From Rhizaria sp. SCN 62-66 (taxonomy: Eukaryota), in NCBI GenBank assembly GCA_001724265.1, contig MEDY01000111.1:1-64000 (forward strand): a DNA stretch of 64,000 nt. The letters run 5' to 3'. The translations under genes and the position numbers were made by a program. This document shows positions 12,505-25,500 of the stretch, one piece after another. The notes under the pieces were generated by a model that was not told the DNA's origin, made no database searches, and saw only the letters and a program-made list of their open reading frames with translations. The number at the start of each line of letters is the position of its first letter. The first letter of the stretch is position 1.

Positions 12505-15500
12505 ATGTTTCCGTCGTCGTCCTCGCCGTTCACCAGTGGCGGTGGCGCTCCCGGTCACGGTTCCTCAGCCGGTGCCGGCACGGGCACTCTGTCGGCCTCC
12601 AGCAGCGCGCGCTCGCTGTCACAGCTGGCGGGACCGCACCGCGTGGGGTCGCTCAACTCTTCTCTGCTCTCAGCTCTTGACACGGCCGCCGATGTCGTCG
12701 TCTCGTCCGCTTCCGCGGCCGCCTTCACGCGCCCCCCTGCCGCTTCTGCTGCCACCCGCGACGCGACGGTGACGGCTGACGCCTTCGCTGGGCTGCTCGA
12801 CGGCGATACCAGCAGCGACTCCCCGCCCATCCGCGCCGTCCCCACCGCGCCCCCCGGCCTAGCAGGCGCAGGCGCGGTCACCGCAGTCGGCGGCAAACGG
12901 TCGACCGCGCCTGCCGCGCCCGCCACCACTGCGCAGTCAATAGACGCGACCGCGAACGCGGCTGCGGGTGGCCGTACGTCGGGCCCGTCGAGCGGGGCGC
13001 TGCTGTCGGCGCTGCCGCTGCCCGTGTCGCCCATGGTTGCCGCGTTTCCATCCAACCTCTCGTCGTCGCGGTCATCGCCCGTCATGCAACAGCAACAGCA
13101 GCACGATAGCGGATATAGCGGATATAACCAGTCTGCCACTGTGTCGAGAGGGAGCTCAACTTCAGTTTCGTTCAACACCAAGCAGATCCAGCAGCAGCAG
13201 CAGCATCACCAGGTTGGCTTTATGCACCCGCTACCGCAACAACTGCAATTTCAGCAGCAGCAGCAGCAGTACCAACCGCATTTGAACAACGCGATCATTG
13301 TCAACAGTGATCTCGGCTACTCTGCGCAGCCCGCGATCGACTACGACTTCGACTCGGACGCGCACCTCACCGACGCTAGCGTCACCGACGATGCGGTAGC
13401 AACAGGCGCAACGGCGGCGGCGGCGGGTGTGATGACGCGCGCTGAGCAGCGCGCCGCCGCGGCCGCGCGCAAGGCGTCCAAGAAGCTCGCGCAGGAGCAG
13501 AAGACGCGCATCCAGATGGCGGGGCTGAAGCTCATGTTCCTGTTGTTCCTCGCGGCGGGCGCGATCCCCCTGCTCTACCTCTGGACCGACGCCGTGTACG
13601 CGGCCGAGGTAGCGCGCTTTGTGCCCGCCCAGTGCATGGTGGCCACCATTGCACGGCGCAACGTCACCGTCCACGGACTGTGCCCCGACACGGTCAACTA
13701 CCTGTTCGACGTCGAAGTGTTCCTGCCTCTCGAGTACGGCATTGCTTTCCCCCAGGAAGCCTGCTCCGGCAAGCGCCTCGTGTGCTACGAAGGCGACGGC
13801 GCGGTCGAGGGTGCGCCGCCCTGCCGCTCCTGCGAGCCCAACACGATCCACGGCTGCAGGCTACCGCTCGCGCGCGACCCCACCATCATGGATCACCTCA
13901 CGCCCGGTACGTCTTGTTTTCTGTCATAACAAATATTGGTGATCTAATAATTTTTTTTGACTGTACTTGATTCATGAGTTGTATATTCTCACCAATTTTG
14001 CTTGCAACTCTATCACCTTGTTTATCTCCAATTTCACAGGCACCAACGTCGACTGCTGGCTGTTTAAGCACTCCCCGTCTCCCGCGGCGCCGCGGCCCTT
14101 TTTGGCGAACCCGGAGGACATGACCGACTACCCGCGCCGCTCGCTCTGGTTCCTCGCGCCCGTGCCCGCCGTCGCCGTGCTGCTGCTGTTCGTATTCTTC
14201 TCCATCTGCGAGGCTGGCGGGTTCGGGCTCGCGCTGCGGGAGCTCAAGCGGCGCTTCTGCGCGGCCTGCTGCGGCTGCCGCTGTTGCTGCCGCTGCTGCC
14301 GTCACCAGGGTGGGAGCGATGATTCCGCCGACGACAAGGCCGGCCACAGGCACGAGCACCATCATCACCATCACAAAAAGCACGGTAAACGCGGTGACGA
14401 TAAGAACGAGCCCTTGCTGATCGCGCACACGAGCGCAGGCGACGCGCCCCCTGGTGCGGCCAACGCTGGCAGCGCTGCCAGTGGCGGCGGTGGGATTAAG
14501 CTGAAGACCCGTCGCCCGTCGTGCGCGCAGAACGCGCTCATCACCGCGCAGAGCGCCGGGGCCAACCGTGCGAGCGTTGCCGTGTACGGTGGCGAAGTCC
14601 CTCAGTACGACGGCAACAGCAGCTACGGCAACGGCCGAGTGACTGCTAGCAACACGTTTTCCCACGGCCACTACGTGCCGCCGCCGCTGCCCGTCATGAA
14701 CAACAACATCAGCAACGGTGGCAATGCGGGCGGCATGTACGTGACCGTGCCAGCGACGCCGTCCCGGTCCCCGTCGCGGACACCGTCTGCGCAAACCTCG
14801 CGCGCCGCCACGCCACGCCGCAACAAGTCCGCCGCGCACTCCGCAGCTCACTCCGCCGCGCACTCCGCCGCGCAGTCGTCGTCGTTCGCGCCGGTGCCAA
14901 GCCCAAGCTTTGCCCACAGCCAGCTGACGCTCGGCCCATATGCTCAGCAAGGACAGTTTGCGCACTACAGCAACGACAACATGCCGCAACAGCAGCAACA
15001 GCTGTACGCGAGCTATGGTGACGGCAGCAATGCCAATGCCAGCGGAGCTGTGTACGCGATGTTCGCAGCCGCCCCCGTGACGGCAACCCAAGGTCTCCTG
15101 CCCCCTGCGAGCCCCGCGCAGGGCCATGTCCGCAGCTCGGTCCACGGGCACAGTCCGGCGCACGGCCGCAGCCCCGCGCTGGGCCCCGCGGCGACGGCGG
15201 CGACGAATGTCGCCCCGCAACAGGCCGGCCGGAGCAGCAGCCGGTCCAGTGCGCATAATAGCGCACAGAACAGCGCGCGCAACAGCACGCGCGGCAGCGC
15301 GGCGCCGTCGCCGCTTATGGGGCCCGCCGCGGGCGCCGGCGCGGTGGCAGGGATGCCCGCGCCGCTGTTTGCCCGTAACAGCCCCCAGCTGTCGTCGGCG
15401 GTGCCGTATCAAATCAGCTTCAATAACCACAACCTGGGCTCGAACGTGAACATGATTAACAGTAGCAGCGATGGTGTTGGTGGTGGTGGGAGCAGGAAAG

Positions 15501-15742
15501 GCGGCATGTCCACGAGGCCCGGATCCTTCACCGGGCTGCCCCAGTCGCATCTGCACTCGCAACATCAGCAGCAGCAGCTGCAGCAACAACAGCAGCATGG
15601 GTTGGGTGCCGGCGCGCTGCTGCGGCGGCCCGTGGCCGGCGGGGTTGGACCCGGGCTAATGGTTGCGCTGGGGCCCTATGACCACGAAAACGACCACCAC
15701 GAGGACGGCGACGGCAACGGGCCCGTCGGCGGCTACTATTGA
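12505..15742 (+). CDS. Two-TM membrane protein with a Cys-rich loop and long disordered termini, ~1034 aa. Exons 12505-13906 and 14040-15742.
   Basis: TM1 LMFLLFLAAGAIPLLYLW, a loop with multiple Cys and an NVT sequon, TM2 LWFLAPVPAVAVLLLFVFFSIC, then CAACCGCRCCCRCC and a His run. Phase-1 intron 13907-14039 (GTACGT..CACAG) joins ORFs 12370 and 13967. Stop TGA. Confidence 0.75.
14828..14875 (+). repeat. 12-bp coding tandem repeat encoding SAAH-SAAH-SAAH-SAAQ
   Basis: TCCGCCGCGCAC-like unit repeated four times. Confidence 0.7.
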
Positions 15743-16392
15743 GCCATGCAGGCTGAGTGTACAGATGTTGTGTAAAGTTGCTACACGACTGGGTATAATG
15801 TCGGAACTACGTATTTGAATGTTTTCCTGTATATATTTGTATGTTTAATGAACTGTCGTATGCGAAAAAATGCGATATGAGCAGAATGTTTGCTGCTATC
15901 GCGCTTCAGCTCCCCTTGAGCACCTCTGGCCCAGTGTGCTACCAATCGGCTGTGGTCCAAAGCTGGGGGTTGGGGTGAGCCTCTCGAGATAAGAGGGGAG
16001 TGATTGAGAAACTCGTTCAATATAGATACCTATTTAATTCCGAAAAGACATTGATATGAAATTGTTATATCTTCTTTTATGTCGTTCAAGCCTTCATCTG
16101 ACGCGCGATATCCTGCTTGATTTGTTTGCCTCTTCGCTCTCCTTGCTTTGCTATGACGTAAAACCTACGCCACCCTCCAAAGAGCGCCATCCCGCGCAAG
16201 AGCGAGTGCCGTCTATCTCCCGCTCTAGCGCGCGTCTTGGCACGTTCTATAACTGAGTCAGTGGTGTATTGCGTAAGCGTCTCCGCTTCCAGACCCACCA
16301 GCAAAGGAGGGCTTCCTTCTCCGTCAGCAAAAACACCATAGCTCCGGTTACTATAAGGCTCTAACAGCGCCAGTCAATCCTCACACCGTACA

Positions 16393-19300
16393 ATGCTGGA
16401 CTGGGAAGCGATTGCGCTGCTGCTGCTGGCAGTGGTGCTGGCGCTCGTGCTGTTCTGGGCGTGCATGTCCCGCCGGCGCAACAACTCTCACGAGCGCCTC
16501 ACGTCGTCGAATCGGAACCAGCTCGTCAACTCCAAGATGTGGCTCGACGGCCGCAACCCCGCGGACGCACACCTGCCCACCAACGCCACTGCGGCCGCGC
16601 GTCGGCGCAACCGGCGGCCCGCGCTGTCGCGCGCCGACTTCGAGTTCCTGAGTGAGACGCACCGCGCCTTCGTCCGCGGCATCCACACACACCTGCACTC
16701 GCTGCGGGCGGAGCGCGCGCTTACGCAGACGCTCGCCTTCATGGGCTGGCGCTCGCGCAAGTTCTACGCCTTTGTGAACGACCCGCTGATCAACAATACG
16801 TACGTTGAGTGGGCTGACCCGGACTCGCTGCGGCCCAAGGTTACTACACTGCTCACCGTCGTCATGATGCGCACCCGCATCGAGGTCACCGCGCGTGCGC
16901 AACAGGCCAAGATCTCGCTCGACGACCCCGCGCCGTTGCTGCCCGGCACGCGCCGCCCAGCCGCGCACTTGGTGCCTTCTTCCATGGCCTCCGCCGCCCA
17001 GCCACAGTCGTCGTCGCTTTCGCCGTACGCGCCGCCGGAGCAGCCACTGGCTGCGTGCGTCAACAACGCGCCCCCCGCGTCGCCGTGCTTCGACCATTCG
17101 TCACCCGCGCGCCAGGCCGCGCTGCGCTCGCTGTTGGTCTCGCTCGCGCACCCGCACGTGCTACCCACCTGGGACCTGGGGTTCTCTGCCGACGGAACCC
17201 TAGCGTTCCTGCTGCGGCCCTTCGCGCCGGAGGGCTCGCTGCGCGACTTGCTGTGGGACGTCGAGGACCCGACGATGGCATACGCGGTCAAGTACCCGCG
17301 CTTTAGCAACAAGGTGCCCGCGGTGACCGGCAAGGTTGAGGAGGACTTCACCACTGGCGGGCTTGCAGACGGCCAGTTCATTGCAGACCCCGGCGCCGAG
17401 CTGTCAGACGACGACGATGACGACGAGGACGAGGACGACGCCGAGGAAGAAGAGGGGGGCGACGCGTTGCTGCGCGGCGGCAGCTCGCGCAGTGACATTG
17501 GCAATAACAGCCACATCAGGGCTTATCCACTCACCGTCGCGCAGATCGCGCGTTACGGTCGCCAGGTAAGCTATTTTACAAAGCACATTTAACCACGAAT
17601 ATCATCATGAAGTAGATTCATTTTCATGATTTATATTTTGTTATTAAATGTAATAATACCTCACCAGATATATTTATTTATTTAAACTGATTCTGTTCCC
17701 GCACGCACCTCAATAGATCCTGACCGCGATGGTCTACCTGGAGCGCGCCGGGCTGGCCCCGCACTCGGTCCACGCGGGCAACATCATCCTGCACAACGGC
17801 CAGTGCCGGCTGACCGACTACGAGGCCACCGCGCTGGGCGTGCCCGCGCAGCACCAGGCCCGTCTGCGCCGCGCGGGCCCCCACGACCCCGCCGTCGTGG
17901 CGTTCGCGTCGGTGCTGTTCGAGCTGGCCACGGGGCAGACCATGCCCGTGCCCAAGTACCCGCGCTTCCCGCCCATCGAGCGCCTCGCAGCCACGCACTC
18001 CAAGATCGCAGACGTGCTCAAAGTCATCTTCTCCCCTCGCCCCGCGACGGTAACCGGAAGTGACTCAGCTGCGACCAGTGCGGGGCCTGCACCCGGCACT
18101 GCTGCGCCGCCGTATGTGCGCCTGGCCGACCTGCTGCAGCTGCCGCTCTTCGCCGAAGTGGCCGATGTGGCGCCGCTCCCGCCGCTGCCGCCGGTGGGTA
18201 CGCCGCTGCTGACCGACGCCGAGGCCGCGGCTATGTACGGCGGCGCGCACGGCCAGCTGTACAGCCCCGACGGCGGGCTCGCGCGGCCCGGGCAGGGCGG
18301 GCTCGGCTACGGCGCAGACGGCCGGCCTGCACGCGTGGACGTGTTCCGCCACCGCGCCTGCCACGCCGTCGCCGCCGCTACCGCGCTGGGCGCCGCCAAG
18401 ACGCTCCCGCTCGCCGCGGGATCGCTGCTGAGGTGGTTCCCCGCCGAGCGCGAGGCCTATGCGACGTGGCGCGCCGCCAAGGACAAGGAGAAGGGCCGGC
18501 GCGCGGCGGCCGCGGCGGCGGGCGGCGGCGGGAAGAAGAAGGGTGGCGGCAAGCGCGGCGGCGGGAGCAAGAACATCACCGTCGCTGCGCGAGCGGCCGC
18601 GGGCGAGGCTGATAATGATAGTACGAGCGACGGCGACAGCGACGACGACGACGAGGAGGTGGAGGACGAGGTAGTTGCCATGAGCCGCCGTGCTAAGGCG
18701 TACGCGCGCGCGCAGAAGGGTCAGGGCCACATCGCGATTGACATCGACGACCGCGACGAGGACGGCGGCGGCGCAAAGGCCGGCAAGAAGTCTGCGAATG
18801 CGAAAAAGAGCGGCGCCAAGAGCAGCCGCAAGTCCCGCGCTGACCGCGACGAGGCGCGCATCGAAAGCCAGGCCGCGTTTCCCTTCGCCTCGCTGTATGA
18901 TCCCGACTCTGCCGCGTCTAACCCCGCTGGTGCCAGGAGCTCCAACAGCAGCAGTAGCAGCTCTGCGGCGGGCCGCGGTGGGGTTGACGACGCGTTCTTC
19001 TCGACAGTGCAGAACGTCGTCGTGCCCAAGGGCCGCCACGGTCCGGGCCAGAGCTCCACTGGCGTCGCTGTGACCACCAAGAGCGCCGCGGTCAGCCGGC
19101 CCACGGCGGCAGCCGCGGCGGCCAATGCGGCGGCGGCGCGCGCGGCGGCTGAGGCCGAGGCCGCGGCCGAGCAGTACGAGCGTAGTATCATGGCCCAGGC
19201 GCAGCAAGCGCAGACTCAGAGGCGCGTGCAGTTCAGGCAGCCTGTTGCCGCAGCCGAGGAGGACGAGGAGGACGGTGGTCATGCTGCTGCCTCTGCGGCC

Positions 19301-19855
19301 TCGCCAGCCAAGGCTCAGAGTCCGGTTGCGCAGCCGCAGTCTCAGCCCAAGGCTCCTGTGCAGGCTCATGTTCGGTCTGAGCCTTCGAATCAGAGTCAGC
19401 GCCCTCGCCCATCTCAGACGCAGCAAGCGCAGACCCAGATTATCGCTCCTGTCCCCGCGCCCGTCGCCAGCGAGACTCCTGTGCCTGTCCCTGTAACTGT
19501 AACTGCGCCTGCAACAGCGAAGGCTGAGGAGGAGGACGAAGTCGCAGTCCGCCGCGCGCGCGCCCAGCGTTTCAGCACTGCCGCGCTGCCTGGGGCGGCC
19601 GCCAACGCCGCCAAGGCCGCTGCGGCCGCCGCGCGTGCCGCCGCTGGCGATGCCGCCGAAGCCGCCGGTCTGCCGCGCAACGCCAGCGCGGCGGCCGTGG
19701 CGGCGGCTGAGGCGGAGCGCGCCGCTAGGGCCCGCGCTACTGCCGCGCCGGCGGGCGCGCTGGCCGGGGCTGGGTTTGGCACTGGCAAGGACGAGAAGGG
19801 CCGGTGGCGCGCGACAAAGGACCTGTTTGACGACGTTGAAGACGACATTGTTTGA
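16393..19855 (+). CDS. PXK/Slob-like pseudokinase with an N-terminal transmembrane anchor, ~1103 aa. Exons 16393-17565 and 17717-19855.
   Basis: Motifs LAHPHVLP, LRPFAPEGSLRDLL, IARYGRQ|ILTAMVYL, HSVHAGNIIL..CRLTDYE and FASVLFELATG resemble the PXK/Slowpoke-binding-protein kinase-like domain; HRD and DFG are absent. Phase-0 intron 17566-17716 (GTAAGC..AATAG). Stop TGA. Confidence 0.82.
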
Positions 19856-20332
19856 GCGAACGCCGTTACAGGACAAGAAGAGCTTTGCTTGCTCCATGAG
19901 GGCCATATTGGTATTACGTGCAGTGATACAATAAATATTTAGATTTGCGTATAATTATTAACTCATACACATATGTTTTACTGAAAGAACAATCAATATT
20001 TCTTTTGTATTTACATGTACCCATTTCTCATTTCGAAACCAAACAGGAACACTATGACATTACCACATGTCGCCTGTTCCTGCTTGGCGTATCAGTACCG
20101 AGAGTCGCTTTCGAACTCTCTGTCTTTTTAGGACTAAACTAACCCTGTAATACAGATTCCGTAATACAAACTAGACTAAAACTATAGAAAGTGACCCACC
20201 TAACCAAACCTAAGTATTCATACTAACCCAAGACCCTTAAGCCTGCAGTGTCCCCGCATCTAAGAGAGTTGTCTGACCTAACCTTATGAGTTGAACTCTG
20301 TGCAACCCCCACGTGTGACCACACGTGCTCGC

Positions 20333-22057
20333 TTAGTTGTACGTACGGTTGAGGTGCGACATGTAGAGCGAGTTCTGCTCCGCGACGAGCAGCTCATCAG
20401 CGTAGTTGTGGCGGAAAACGTCCATGACGACAGCGGCGTCACTCTGACGCACCTTGTACGCGTTGTAGTTGCCCTTCTTGACCTGCGCAAAGTCCCACGT
20501 GACGACGTGGTTGCCCGTCGACGTCGCAATCCACTCCTCCTTGCTGTTGGCAAGCGTGCCCGTGTTGAACATCGCGGGCGAGAACGAAACCTTGTCGATC
20601 TTGAGCCGCAGCATATCCGTCGGCAGCAATGACAGCTTGATCGGCTTGGGCTTAGCCACGCCCATGCGCGAGTCGAAGCCGGTGCGCGCCTCGCCGTTCT
20701 TGGCGCCGTCCATGGCAACGTTCATGAGGATGAGGTACGTCTCGCACGTGGCGAGGATCCACTGGCCGTCCGCCGTGACGCTGATGCTCTTGACGGCGTT
20801 GCCGAGTCCGGGCAGCACGGTCTTGCAGTAGTTCTTCTGCAGCTTGTTGAAGAGGCGGATCTCGCCCGTCTTGCTCGCCACGGCCAGGTAGCCGCTCTCG
20901 GTCGTCGCCGCGTTGCTGAGCTGCACCTTGGTCGCATACGAACACTCCTCGGCAGTCTTGTTCTTGCCTGACACACGCGGGTCAATCGAGAACACGGCGT
21001 TGTCGCTGACGCCGACGACGAGGTTCTCGTTGCTGACCTGCGCGTACTTGGTGCGCGGTGCGAGCGAGTTGAACTTGACGCCCTCGCGGCCCTGCCACTC
21101 GTCGATCACCGTGCCCGTCTCGATGTCGAGGTTGTAGATGCGGTCGCGGTTGTCGTCGTCGAGCATCAACAGCTTCTGGTCCGCGTTGTGCAGCTGCATC
21201 TGTGCCGGCGTGAGAGTCGCCCCGTCCTTGCCCTTGACCTCAGGGATGCGGTTCAGGTACTTCAGGTCGCCGTCGCTCGTGTGCTTGAACATGCCCAGCT
21301 GCGACCCATACGCTGCGAACGCCACGCCGCGGTTCATACCGGCGACCACCGAGGAGATCTTGCTCTTGCGTGCGGACCGCGTGAAGCCGTTCGCGCCGCC
21401 GTCCTCGTCGTCATCGTCGTTGCCGCCCGCGAGCGAGGAGCGGATGCCCGACGCCCGGCTCTTGATGGGAGTCTGCTTGAGGCCGAGCGACCGGTCCTCG
21501 TCGGCCTCGTCCTCCTCCTGGCGCTGCGCCGAGCGCTCCTCATCGTCGTCGTAGTCGTCCAGCTGCGCCGCAGCGGCCGCGGCGGCGGAGGTCAACGACG
21601 CGCGCACAGTCTTACGGTTCGAGTAGCCGAACGCGGGCGGCGCTGCGTCGGTCATGGGCACTGCGACGGCGCCCTCGGTCACCCACGAGCGGTCGTCCTC
21701 GCCGACCTTGGACTCGAGGTCCGCGCGATACGCTGTCTCAATGATGCCGCGCGCCACGGCGGCACGGAACTCGTTGGCCCGCTCCGAGAGCGTGAGCGTG
21801 AGCAGCAGACGCTCCCCATTCTCGCGCGTGTACAGCCACTCGACGGCGTTGGGCTTAGGGAAAGACAGCGCGCATGACGTCTCGAGCGCCTGCGAAAAGA
21901 GCTCCTCACCCTTGGGGCCCGCGACAGAGATGCAGAACTGGAACTGCGCGTCGCCGGTAACCGAGGCGGCGACGGCGCCGAGGTCAGTGGTGCGGCCGTC
22001 CTCGAACTCGACCGAGAGCTTGCCATCCACCGTGATGAGCGCCTTGCTCGTGGACAT
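20333..22057 (-). CDS. VID27: VID27/CYPRO4-family protein (vacuolar import and degradation 27), 574 aa
   Basis: C-terminal propeller motifs IYNLDIETGTVIDEW, FSIDPR, TTESGYLAVASKTGEIRLF and KTVLPGLG..ISVTADGQWILATCETYLIL. Stop TAA. Confidence 0.88.
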   Translation of the reverse strand: MSTSKALITVDGKLSVEFEDGRTTDLGAVAASVTGDAQFQFCISVAGPKGEELFSQALETSCALSFPKPNAVEWLYTRENGERLLLTLTLSERANEFRAAVARGIIETAYRADLESKVGEDDRSWVTEGAVAVPMTDAAPPAFGYSNRKTVRASLTSAAAAAAAQLDDYDDDEERSAQRQEEDEADEDRSLGLKQTPIKSRASGIRSSLAGGNDDDDEDGGANGFTRSARKSKISSVVAGMNRGVAFAAYGSQLGMFKHTSDGDLKYLNRIPEVKGKDGATLTPAQMQLHNADQKLLMLDDDNRDRIYNLDIETGTVIDEWQGREGVKFNSLAPRTKYAQVSNENLVVGVSDNAVFSIDPRVSGKNKTAEECSYATKVQLSNAATTESGYLAVASKTGEIRLFNKLQKNYCKTVLPGLGNAVKSISVTADGQWILATCETYLILMNVAMDGAKNGEARTGFDSRMGVAKPKPIKLSLLPTDMLRLKIDKVSFSPAMFNTGTLANSKEEWIATSTGNHVVTWDFAQVKKGNYNAYKVRQSDAAVVMDVFRHNYADELLVAEQNSLYMSHLNRTYN

Positions 22058-22556
22058 ACTGTGCTGTGGGGAATAAGTGAAAAAAATACGTGTGAGTGAT
22101 TGGAAGACAGTGTGAGTAAAAGAGAGAGCAGGTTACTGGGAGTGATTTGGATGGGAGTCCACAAGGTCATTCAGTGTGCTGATGACGCGAGAGGACGAAG
22201 GCGAAACATTTGGTTAGTGGGGGTATAAAGCAAAATAGAAATCGGAATTACATTATATAAAGTAGTGCATATCCAGTTAGAGTCAAGATCACAGTGTTCG
22301 CGGATAAATAGTGCTTGTATTATGGTCTTTGGAAAAGCTCGCGAACGATCGAACCGTTGGTGGTGGACCAACCAACTAACGGCTCGGTTCGCAAAAAAGG
22401 CATCGAGCATTCGTGGCCACACACTGTTTTAACATAAAATGTTATTATAACTTAAAGCCAATGCATATTCCAAGGGGAACTGTCTCCGCAGATAACAAAT
22501 TTAACTGACTAGGTCTCCTAGACTAACGTATCTCATCAAATCGCTTAACAGTCCAC

Positions 22557-25500
22557 TCACACCGTTGTGGCAGGAGCAGGCGCAGCCGGCGCAGCCGTAG
22601 CAGCTGCAGGAGCAGCAGCAGGAGCAGCAGTGGTAGCCGCAGCTGCAGCGGTGACAGCAGCGGCATCGGCCTCGCCCTCAATGGCGGCAACCACGGGTGC
22701 AGTCATCCTGGCTGCAGCGGCAATGTTATCCCGGATCTGTTGCATGCGAAGTTGCGTCTCGTACACGCCCATCTCGAGGTCGCGGACCTTGTCCTCCTCG
22801 CGCGCCACGTAGCGGTAAAACGGCGTCACGGCCATTGCCATCGCGCGCTCCGCCGACTCGATCTCGCGCGTGTACTGCTGCAGCAGCTGCTCACGCACTT
22901 CGTTGTGCAGCGCGTCGATCTTGGCGCCCAGCTCCTTGTTGAGCCGCGCGCGCTGCGACGGGAGGATGACAAACCCGGCGAGCGCGACTGAGCCTGCGCC
23001 CGCGAGCCCCGCAGCGTCGAGCACGGCGGCCGCGACCAGCCCGGACAGGCCCAGGGCGCCCAACTCAACAGCCGCCGTGGCCATGACGGCCTTTTGCACC
23101 GCCTGCACCATGCGCGCGGTCTCGGCCTAGAGATCACGGACAGCAAGAAACAAGAGAGAATATAACGTGAGCAATATAGAAATAACATAATAGCATTAAA
23201 TTAATAAAATACGATTTACACTGCATTGATGAGTGAAATTATAAAATATTTCTAAAAAAAATGCAATATTCAAGAGAAATCATTGTTTTTAATGATCTAA
23301 TGTTAACGGACCTGGCGCTTGGCCTCGGCGACGGTGTCGCGGCAGGCGGCCTGGATGCTGGCCAGCACCTCTGCGCGCGAGTGGTGCAGGTCCACCCCGG
23401 CGGCGCGCACAAGGTCAACCTGGCGCGAGAGGTCCAGAGGACCGGTCATCGTCGCGGCAGCGGCGGCGGCGGAGACGGCGGCGGAGGCTGCGGCAGCAGC
23501 ATTGTCGCTGGCAGCCTTTTCACTCACAGTTGCGGGCGCAGTTGCGGGCGCAGTGCTCGCAGCGGTAGCAGCGGCCGCGTCAGTGGCAGCAGCAGCAGCA
23601 GGGACAGCGACAGGAGCAGGCGCGGCCGGAGCAGCAGGAGCCGGCGCATTGTTATTGTTACTGCCAGAGCCAGCGGTGGCAGAAACAGAGCGCTGCATGA
23701 TGTGTGCAAGCGCCTGCGCCTGCCGCGCGCCCTTGTGCACCAGCCAAGCTGACATCGTGGCCAGAATGGCGTCGACCTCCGCAGACACGCCCGCGTTGAC
23801 GGCCTTGTCGTAGCTCTCGCGCAGCTGCTTCGAGCCAAGCAGCAGCGACGGCATGTTCACCACGCGCACGTGCTTGTTCAGGAAAGCCGTGCTGTCGCGC
23901 CGCATGCGAAGGAACACGTTGTCGAGCTTCGCCAGCTGCGCCTCCAGGTCGATCAGCGCTTCCTTGCGGAAGTCGCGCGTCTCGGCCTGGAGCAGCGACC
24001 GCGTCTCGACGTCGGTGGCCAGAGTGCGGCGACGTGCGGCCAGAACGTGGTCGTAACGCCGGATGACTGTGTCGGCGACCGAAAGCGGGTTGCTGAGCTT
24101 GAGCGCAACCTTGCGCTCGTCAGCGAGCTCCGACAGCACGTGTCGCTCCAGTTCGCTGAAACCGCTGTTGACGATAAGCGCGCGCGCCGCGGCCTGCGCG
24201 GCGGCGGCGGACGCGGCGGACATGTGGGGCACCCGGCTGTTGGCCCCCGCGCTGCTGCTGCTCGGGCTCTGCGGGCTAGAAGCGGCGAGCGCGAGCTTGC
24301 CGTCGAGCGCAAGGCGGGAAGAGACGCCGAACACGGGCGGCACTTCCTTCAGCACGACCTTGGCGTTCGAAGCGACGAATGCGCGGACCTCGTCGAAGGA
24401 CGTGCCGGCGTCGGAGCTGCCGTCCGCGTACACGTGCGGTACGCTCGAGTCGAAGTGTTGCATCGTGTGCTCCGCGCGAGAGGCAATGCTCTCGTCGTGC
24501 CTGTGGCCGTGGCCGCTGTTGCTGTTGTTGTTGAGATTCGAGTTGGAGATGAGCCCCGTGGACGCGAGAGTGGGCACGACTAAGTCGACCTTGTTGAGCA
24601 CGATGACGACCTTCTTGCGCCACTGTGCGATCTTGGACATAAACTGCTTTTCCGATTCACTGAACGGCCGCTCGACCGATGTGACGAAGAGGATGAGGTC
24701 CGCCGACGGGATGAACCGCTCTGTGATCTCCTGATGCTCCCGCAGCACTGCGTTAGTGCCCGGCGTGTCGACCAGGTGCGCCTGCTTCAGCCAGTCAACC
24801 GGCAGCAGCACCGTCTGGATCGAGCCGTCGTTGCGGCGCACACTCGTACTCGCGCTCGCGGTCGCGCTTGTATTGGCGCTAGCGCTCGCACTCGAGGACG
24901 CAGCAGCATCAGCGTTAGCGGTGGCGTGCGCGCCAGTGCTGCTGCTGTTGGCTGCAATTACCGTGGGCGTGGGACCGTACTTGAGGATTTGCACCTTCTC
25001 GGTCGTGGGCAGAATGCCGGTGCGGCAGTGGCGCGCACCCAAGAGCGCGTTGATGAAGTTGCTCTTGCCCGAGTTGAACTCGCCGACGACGACGACAAGA
25101 AAGAGCTCCGACAGCGAGTCGCGCGCGGCCGCCAGCAGCTCCGCGTCCTCGGCCGAGAGCCCCAGCGGAGACAGCACGGCGGGCACGGCGTCCAGCAGCG
25201 CGCGGATCTCGCCCAGCACCGCCTTCTGCGCGGGGTTGAGCAGCGCATCGAGGGTATAGTCGGCGGCCGAGAGCGCGGCGTCGACCGCCGGGGACGCCGC
25301 GGCCGCGGAGGGCGCGGTGAACGCCGCCGACGCGCCGGCTCCTGCGCCGCTGCTCGTGGGGAACGCGCTGGCGCTAGCGTTCGTGCTCGAACTCGGGCCC
25401 GTGTTGGCGGCGCTGGAGGAGGAGGAGAAAGCGCGGACCCAGTGGCGGGAGGCAGTGGAGGTGCGAAGAGCCGCGGCGGAATCAAGGGTGGCTGCGGACG

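Noticed and set aside
20135-20290. Scattered CTAACC telomere-like hexamers between convergent genes
   Set aside because: Isolated and non-tandem; consistent with a GT-rich 3' UTR of VID27.
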